Shown here in pieces: positions 58,216-64,000 of a DNA stretch of 64,000 bases. The stretch lies in NCBI GenBank assembly GCA_963665095.1, contig OY762069.1, positions 3,392,001-3,456,000 on the forward strand. Reading direction: 5' to 3'. The notes under the pieces are model-generated. The model had not been told where the DNA came from. It searched no databases and was given only the letters and a program-made list of their open reading frames with translations. Numbering within the stretch: the stretch's first letter is position 1; each line of letters opens with the position of its first letter. The stretch comes from an uncultured Desulfobacter sp. (lineage in GTDB: Bacteria; Desulfobacterota; Desulfobacteria; Desulfobacterales; Desulfobacteraceae). Both the position numbers and the translations under genes were made by a program.

Positions 58216-59598
58216 TCACTTTTCCATTATCTGCCAGTACCCGCCCCTGTCCGGTCCCACCCGTCTCAGTCGGCCCTCATCTTTAAGCCCCTTGATCTGC
58301 TTTTTCACTGCCCGGTCCGAAACGCCAAGCTCCGCAGCCATCTTTTTAATAGTTATGTGGCTGTTCCCGGCCAGCATTTCAAGAATTTTCTGGGAACTTT
58401 TCTGGGAACTTTTCTGGGAACTTTTCTGGGAACTTTTTACTGCAGATTCACTATAAATAATCACCTTAAAAAACAGACCGCTTTCAATGAAATCGGGCGC
58501 TTTCAGATGACGTTCCCGACAAAGCGACAAAATTTTTCCAATGCCGGTGCCCCATTGTTCAATAAAATTGATCTGCCTGAAAAATCTGGCTATCACTCTG
58601 TTTCTGATTTCCGACCGACCACTGACAATATCTTCAATCACCAACGATTTAGGTAACGCCCCCGGAGAGGTGATCTCAATCCGGTTATCAAATACGGCAA
58701 ACTTGATATCTGACCCGGAAATACTGTAGTCCCGATGTACCACAGCATTAACTACTGCCTCCCTGACCGCTTCAAGGGGCACGGCATCAGTATCAATGCG
58801 CTGAACCCCCTCTACTTTTCCGGCCCTGGGGATATACACCCTGGCAAAGGCCAAAGTATTTTCCACCTGAGTGTATAAAGGGCCACTGAACTCTTTCCGG
58901 TCTATAAACTCTTTTGCATCCATGCCCTTAAACCGGGCACATTTGATACGGGCATATTCCAGGGGGTTCACTGTTCCTGCGATGAGCAACCCGCCTAACG
59001 TAGGGACAGGATTATCCCGATCACCGGATAACAGCTTCAGGCCCAGCATTTTTTGTTCCGTCAGTTCTTCACCGGTAAATTTAAAAAAATCCTTTCGGAG
59101 CCGGTCCAGATCAAGGGATGTTACGGACGCCGCATGATCAGGTTCTTCATCAAGAGATACATTAATGCGCTGCCGGGCAAGTTCCCGGATCATTTCGCCA
59201 TCTGCGGGTTTGTTTGTCGCTCCCACCGGGATATAGGTACCGGCCCTCTCGCCCAGGCGTTTCAGATGGTAGGGCTTTAGAGGACCTGGATGAATTCTTA
59301 TCCCCAGAACCATTTTCCCATTCACATGTTCAGTAAATATTTCAGGAACAATAGTTGGAATGCAGGAGTCAAACAAAATATTTGCAATGCGGTCGGGATA
59401 ATCAAAAATCTGTTCATCCGTTAATCCGATCACTTGTCCGGATTCATCCTCCACCCCGATCAGAATCAGCCCGCCAGCCATGTTGGAAAAAGCAACAGCA
59501 GATTTGGCAAGGTTGCTTCCGGCCGGCAGGTCGGATTTAAATTCAAGGGTTTTGCTTTCTCCCTTTTTGATCAACTCAATTATTTTGGTCATTACCAT
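58216..59598 (-). CDS. AlbA_2 (Schlafen-like) + HATPase_c_4 + winged-HTH protein
   Basis: GES.TLEFK, AFSN..GG.I.IGV.D, REAVVNAVVHRDY, IEQWGTG and R.GPDRGGYW. Confidence 0.88.
   Translation of the reverse strand: MVMTKIIELIKKGESKTLEFKSDLPAGSNLAKSAVAFSNMAGGLILIGVEDESGQVIGLTDEQIFDYPDRIANILFDSCIPTIVPEIFTEHVNGKMVLGIRIHPGPLKPYHLKRLGERAGTYIPVGATNKPADGEMIRELARQRINVSLDEEPDHAASVTSLDLDRLRKDFFKFTGEELTEQKMLGLKLLSGDRDNPVPTLGGLLIAGTVNPLEYARIKCARFKGMDAKEFIDRKEFSGPLYTQVENTLAFARVYIPRAGKVEGVQRIDTDAVPLEAVREAVVNAVVHRDYSISGSDIKFAVFDNRIEITSPGALPKSLVIEDIVSGRSEIRNRVIARFFRQINFIEQWGTGIGKILSLCRERHLKAPDFIESGLFFKVIIYSESAVKSSQKSSQKSSQKSSQKILEMLAGNSHITIKKMAAELGVSDRAVKKQIKGLKDEGRLRRVGPDRGGYWQIMEK
58386..58437. repeat. 12-bp tandem repeat (ttttctgggaac) x4 encoding KSSQ units
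   Basis: Direct reading; in-frame VNTR just before the wHTH. Confidence 0.95.
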
Positions 59599-59732
59599 TC
59601 ATCCCGAATCCCAGAGCCTTTTGTTCTTTTTTTTAAAGCTTAAAGCGTCAATACCGCCTGTATTCAAAATTATTATAAATTACAAAGACGTTGTTTGGTC
59701 TGCCTCCGAATCGCCAACCGAATAACAGAATC

Positions 59733-60122
59733 TTAATCTGATATGTCCCTATGTCCAATCAAACGAAATCCATTGGAGCCAAAGGTGTCAGGCAGACCAG
59801 GCCCCCTCCCGGATCTATAAGAACAACGCAAATAACTCCGTACGCAATTCCAAGAACCGCCTCGCATAGCCTTAGTTTGTTCATCAATACGTTTACCATT
59901 ATTATAATAAAGTTTATACTGGTCCTCACACCACGCCTCCACATTGCCGGACATATCAAACAATCCAAGGCTGTTAGCAGGAAAGCTACCCACTTCCACC
60001 GTTTTTTTCCGGAAAGCAATGATGCCCGAAGCGTTTGCCTTTTTGGGGAGCTTAGCTTTAAAATTGGCCGCCTCCGGGCCTATTGTATCCTTACCAGTAC
60101 CAAACCGGACCTTTTTCCCGTT
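59733..60122 (-). pseudogene. C-terminal part of an FGE-sulfatase (SUMF1) domain, out of frame with the upstream caspase gene
   Basis: VGSFPANSLGLFDMSGNVEAWCED, RGGSW and GFRL are present; the N-terminal F.MG and RLPTEAEWEY parts are missing. Confidence 0.75.
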
Positions 60123-61128
60123 CATCAGCTCCAAGCTCAACCCACTGGGCAGCAGTAATGTAACCAGGATGGGAAACCTCAATGTGATATTGCCCGGGAG
60201 CAAGTTTGATACCGTCCTGATATACCGGTTTGATATTTAGTATTCGCACACGGCTGTTGGATGGCACGGGCGTAACAATTAAATACCCGGGGGGAATTTT
60301 CGGTTCCGATCCTTCAGGGGCAGGTGTTGAAGGTGCAACAACCAAGGCCGGAGATTGTGGTCGGAGCCGAATATCTTCAGGCTTGCCGCCAGCCAGAAAA
60401 TAATCAGGAAAAGGCGTGGTAGACAACCAGGGCACCTGCTGATTTTGGGTGATAGTCATTACATCCAGCCCGGTACGATTAAACATTTTATGGACATCCA
60501 GGCCCGGGCTGACCATATTTTTGAGCAAAGCCTCCGTATAAGTACCGTTGCGGCCACTGCCGTCAGCCGCCACTGATCCCGGGGAGGTGGCATAGGCAAT
60601 AATGGTGCCGGGCGGGGCATCCATGCGGGCAAGTCCTTGGGCTGCGGTGCGAAAATTGCGTTTAAACGGATTGTCCCGGCAGGCATCCAAAATCACGATG
60701 TTCATGGGATTGCCCGCACTTTCCATTTTGGCCATAATCCTTGCCGCATTCATTGCCTCAAATTCCACTTCGGCCTCGTTCCGGATACTGTTGTTTATCG
60801 GAATCAGGTAATTGACTCCCTTGATCTGCATACCGTGGCCGGCAAAATAGAACAGGCCGATCTCTGCTTTGGACAGCTTTTGTCCAAACTGCCTGACCGC
60901 ATCTATTATTTGCCGGCGGTCAGCATTTTTGCACAAAATCACCTCAAAATTGAGTTGTCTCAGTGCCGCTGCCATATCTTCGGCATCATTTACCGGATTG
61001 GTCAGGGGAGAAGCACCATAGGCACTGTTACCGATGACAAGGGCGACCCTTTGAGTGGCTGAAACCGGCAAAACAAGCAATAAACAAATAAGAGCAAGCA
61101 GATGGATGATAATTGACTTTTTAATCAT
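60091..61128 (-). CDS. Secreted caspase-family (peptidase C14) protein with PEGA-like domain, probably truncated
   Basis: Signal peptide; RVALVIGNSAY, L.NP.NDA, FYFAGHG (His), ILDACR (Cys) and L.PGQY.IEV..PGY. Confidence 0.88.
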   Translation of the reverse strand: MIKKSIIIHLLALICLLLVLPVSATQRVALVIGNSAYGASPLTNPVNDAEDMAAALRQLNFEVILCKNADRRQIIDAVRQFGQKLSKAEIGLFYFAGHGMQIKGVNYLIPINNSIRNEAEVEFEAMNAARIMAKMESAGNPMNIVILDACRDNPFKRNFRTAAQGLARMDAPPGTIIAYATSPGSVAADGSGRNGTYTEALLKNMVSPGLDVHKMFNRTGLDVMTITQNQQVPWLSTTPFPDYFLAGGKPEDIRLRPQSPALVVAPSTPAPEGSEPKIPPGYLIVTPVPSNSRVRILNIKPVYQDGIKLAPGQYHIEVSHPGYITAAQWVELGADEREKGPVWYW

Positions 61129-61141
61129 GAAAGCACTTGTT

Positions 61142-61774
61142 TTAATTATCGACTAAAGTAACTTCAACCCTGCGGTTCATCTGTTTATAGGAAGAAGTAG
61201 AATTAGATTTCAAAGGCAACGCCTCACCATATCCCCGAACCTTAAGTCGTGGTTCAGGGATCTCAAACATGGATACCAGAAACTGACGAACCGCATCAGC
61301 CCGGTCCAGACTCAGTCGCAGGTTATAATCGTCACTGCCGTCCGAATCTGTGTGCCCGGACACCAGAATGCCGGCCCCTGACAGCGCCTGGGCACTCAAT
61401 GCCGTACCCAGCTCTTTTAGCAGAGGATAGGCTGACGGACGAAGGGTTGTGCTGTTCCTGTCAAACTCCACTTTGAGCTTGAGACCAGGTGTTGTCTGGT
61501 TATCAGCCACCTCAATGATTTTGGTCTCGTATGCCTGGTCAGGCCCATTTGTGCCGGCAGCCTGGTCCTGATTTTTCTCCATAACCATAATACTGCGCTT
61601 TTTCACAGCAGGATTAAAACTTCTGTACCTGACCGGCTTTCGGGTCAGTGCCTCAATCATCTCCTGGCTGTTTTCCTGAAATACCGGTTCCCGGGCAAAA
61701 CATGCACCTGCTATGAAAATACAAGCCATTCCAACGGCCAGGTTACGGACAGACCAGGGTATTAAAGACTGCAT
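61142..61774 (-). CDS. OmpA-family (PG-binding) periplasmic protein
   Basis: Signal peptide; VEF..NS, GHTD..G...YN..LS..RA..V and NRRVE. Confidence 0.93.
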   Translation of the reverse strand: MQSLIPWSVRNLAVGMACIFIAGACFAREPVFQENSQEMIEALTRKPVRYRSFNPAVKKRSIMVMEKNQDQAAGTNGPDQAYETKIIEVADNQTTPGLKLKVEFDRNSTTLRPSAYPLLKELGTALSAQALSGAGILVSGHTDSDGSDDYNLRLSLDRADAVRQFLVSMFEIPEPRLKVRGYGEALPLKSNSTSSYKQMNRRVEVTLVDN

Positions 61775-61989
61775 CTAATCCTCCTTTTTGAACAGAAAAC
61801 AATCATATGGGTTCCATATCAGGATGCGGTTTATTTTTCAATGTTTTGGCCCAAGTGTCTTACGGTGTTTGCCCATATATGCATAGCCCCAATTGGCATT
61901 TTTATATCACAGCATCTGAAGTGAAAAGCGGTCCAAAACCAATGCAGCACAGGGTATCCGAATGATGGGTCATGATGGAAAATAACCGA

Positions 61990-62018
61990 TTGAATTTATA
62001 GACACATGCATGTATTAT
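61990..62018 (+). promoter_or_regulatory. Sigma70-like promoter TTGAAT-17-TATTAT upstream of the flagellin gene
   Basis: Consensus match with 17-nt spacer, followed by AGGGAGG RBS. Confidence 0.45.
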
Positions 62019-62058
62019 GGAAAGTTGATACATGTTATTTTAAGAACAAGGAGGTTCT

Positions 62059-62859
62059 ATGACACTATCCATTAACAACAACACCTCGGCATTGATCGCC
62101 GCGAAAATGCTGGAGAGGGCCAATTCGGAATTAACCGACTCCATCGAGCGCATGGCAACAGGTCAGAAGATCAACTCTGCTGCAGATGACGCATCTGCCA
62201 TGACCATTGCTGACAGCCTGAAAAGCCAGAGCCTGGCTGCAGGCCAGGAAATCCGCAATGCCAGCGACAGTGTCTCCATTGCCCAGACCGCAGACGGGGC
62301 ATTGAGCGGAATTACGGACATGCTTCAGGAGATGCGGACCCAGGCGGTTCAGGCAGCCGGCGGGACCCAGTCCCAGGAGAGCGTGGCTGCCATCCAGTCC
62401 GATATGGAAGGTTCCCTGGATGCCATCAGTGATATTGCAGCCAACACATCCTATAATGGACAGACACTGCTGGACGGCACGTTTTCCAATGCCTCGCTCT
62501 CCATTGCTTCGGCAAATCCGTCCACCTTGGGATCAAGCGACACCGGTTTTCTCTCCGACATTGATGTCACCACCCAGGAAGGCGCCCAGCAGGCCATTGA
62601 GACCATCGACCAGGCCCTGGACCAGATCAGCCAGAGCCGGGCCACCATCGGAGCCAGCCAGAACCAGTACGAATCAGACATCTCCACCTTATCCACCACC
62701 CAGATAAACCTGATTGCTGCGGAATCTGAAATCAGAGATACGGATCTTGCCGAAGAGGCCATGGTACTCAACCAGATGAAGCTGCTTGAAGGCGCATCCA
62801 CCTACGCCCTGAACAAGGCCAACGATTCCCGGGATACACTGGTGAATCTGCTGGGCTGA
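62059..62859 (+). CDS. fliC: Short flagellin (D0/D1 only)
   Basis: INNN, ERMATGQKINSAADDAS, QTADGAL, RA.IGA.QN and AESEIRDTD.AEE. Confidence 0.88.
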   Translation: MTLSINNNTSALIAAKMLERANSELTDSIERMATGQKINSAADDASAMTIADSLKSQSLAAGQEIRNASDSVSIAQTADGALSGITDMLQEMRTQAVQAAGGTQSQESVAAIQSDMEGSLDAISDIAANTSYNGQTLLDGTFSNASLSIASANPSTLGSSDTGFLSDIDVTTQEGAQQAIETIDQALDQISQSRATIGASQNQYESDISTLSTTQINLIAAESEIRDTDLAEEAMVLNQMKLLEGASTYALNKANDSRDTLVNLLG

Positions 62860-62906
62860 TTGCCAGCAAAAACCAATAAACCAACCCGTCAGGATTGGGA
62901 CAATAT

Positions 62907-62940
62907 AAACGCGCAGAAATACTTTTCTGCGCGTTTTTTT
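62907..62940 (+). terminator. Rho-independent terminator
   Basis: aaacgcgcagaaa tact tttctgcgcgttt followed by a T-run. Confidence 0.85.
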
Positions 62941-62979
62941 ATTTATCGTCTTTATTTAAAAATGGAAACACCAGGTTGA

Positions 62980-63150
62980 TCATACCAAGGCATCAGGCAC
63001 CGGGGTCACGTCCACGGCCACCTGCAACCGGTGGTTGCCGCCGCCCAGCACTGTTCCTTTGACCGGGGTCACATCCCCATAATCCCGGCCCCAGGCAAGG
63101 GTAATATGCTGGCCAGAAGGAATCACATCATTGGTGGGGTCCATATCCAC
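62980..63150 (-). pseudogene. C-terminal fragment of a transglutaminase-family protein
   Basis: VDMDPTNDVIPSGQHITLAWGRDYGDVTPVKGTVLGGGNHRLQVAVDV; the catalytic Cys/His region is absent. Confidence 0.85.
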
Positions 63151-63290
63151 ATGAATAAATCCGTGCTTATCGATCGGCTTTAGGGTTTAAAATGTACGCT
63201 TTATACGATTTTCAGGATGATATCTTGAGCACCGGTAACGGCATGGCCTGCCCCCTGGTCATGCCGTCAAACATAATTTTAATATAAGGC

Positions 63291-63320
63291 TTGACTTGGA
63301 ATATATACTTGTATAGACAA
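63291..63320 (+). promoter_or_regulatory. TTGACT -35 and GntR/HutC-type palindrome TTGTATAGACAA
   Basis: Near-perfect palindrome at 63309-20 over the expected -10 position. Confidence 0.5.
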
Positions 63321-63388
63321 CTCTATAAGGTTAAGTGCATCATAACCGAAAGCATAGACCATCTTATATTTTAGTTAAGGAGTGAGCC

Positions 63389-64000
63389 ATGAAAAAGGTA
63401 ATCGCGGCGTTGTCCGCACTTGTTCTGGGCGTGTGTGCCACTGCAGCCCTTGCATCAGATACCATTAAAATCGGGTTTAACGCCCCCTTGACCGGGTTTG
63501 CCGCCTCAGACGGCGAGTCTGCAAAATTCGGTGCTGAACTGGCTGTCAAACAGATCAACGAAGCCGGCGGCGTGCTGGGCAAACAGCTGGAACTAGTGGT
63601 TTACGATGACCAGGCCAATGCGGCCCAGGCCATCCCCATTGCCAATAAACTCATCGGCCAGGATAAAGTGACCGTGGGCGTATCCGGCAGCTACTCCGCC
63701 CCCACCCGCTCTGCCGCCGGCATTTACCAGGAAGCAAAAATCCCCTACATCTCAGCTTACGGCATCCATCCCGACATCACCCGGGCAGGCGATTATGTTT
63801 TCAGAACCTCCTTTTTAGGTGAAATCCAGGGCAAGGCCGGGGCCAAACTCATCGGCGACACCCTGGGCAGGAAAAAAGTGGTGATGATCACCCTGAAAAA
63901 CGATTTCGGTAAATCCCTGGCAGCCGGCTTCAAAGAGAAAGCTGCTGATTTCGGTATCACCATTGTCAATGAATATGAATATGCCATAAAGGACCGCCAG
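63389..64000 (+). CDS. Branched-chain amino acid ABC transporter substrate-binding protein (LivJ/K type), 3'-partial
   Basis: Not in the ORF track (no stop in the window). AAGGAG RBS; MKK signal peptide, IKIGFNAPLTG, IN.AGGVLGKQLELVVYDD, GSYS and YVFR. Confidence 0.93.
   Translation, partial: MKKVIAALSALVLGVCATAALASDTIKIGFNAPLTGFAASDGESAKFGAELAVKQINEAGGVLGKQLELVVYDDQANAAQAIPIANKLIGQDKVTVGVSGSYSAPTRSAAGIYQEAKIPYISAYGIHPDITRAGDYVFRTSFLGEIQGKAGAKLIGDTLGRKKVVMITLKNDFGKSLAAGFKEKAADFGITIVNEYEYAIKDRQ

Noticed and set aside
58386..58437. Possible CRISPR-like repeats
   Set aside because: Contiguous 12-bp units without spacers, inside a CDS; no cas genes.

Overview
Chromosomal window from what looks like a Desulfobacteraceae-type (Desulfobacter-like) deltaproteobacterium; this is inferred from gene content and style, not from a marker gene. 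It holds about 52 intact or partial CDS. In order: a RecQ-UvrD double-helicase fusion (5'-truncated by the window edge), mtgA, a cyclophilin-FKBP fusion, tdh-kbl, and a small BtrH/ABC/ACP/acyltransferase operon resembling the export module of flexirubin/aryl-polyene clusters. Then come two head-to-head prmA-like genes, a succinate/acetate CoA-transferase and two convergent PQQ-type beta-propeller genes. These are followed by an ETF/acyl-CoA dehydrogenase/phosphotransferase/SDR operon (lva/ACAD10-11-like), a stand-alone protein resembling the C-terminal half of BREX BrxC, exeAB, ABC transporters, mscS, an MCP, mlaEFD, a eukaryotic-type hisA, trxC, an AlbA_2/HATPase protein, a broken caspase-PEGA-FGE gene with ompA, a short flagellin and a partial LivJ/K-type binding protein. 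Several decayed gene fragments that the ORF track misses or only partly captures lie in intergenic regions (QueG-like plus IS110, URO-D-like, SH3b, transglutaminase). No rRNA, tRNA or CRISPR array was seen. All family calls come from motif recognition by eye, without database searches.
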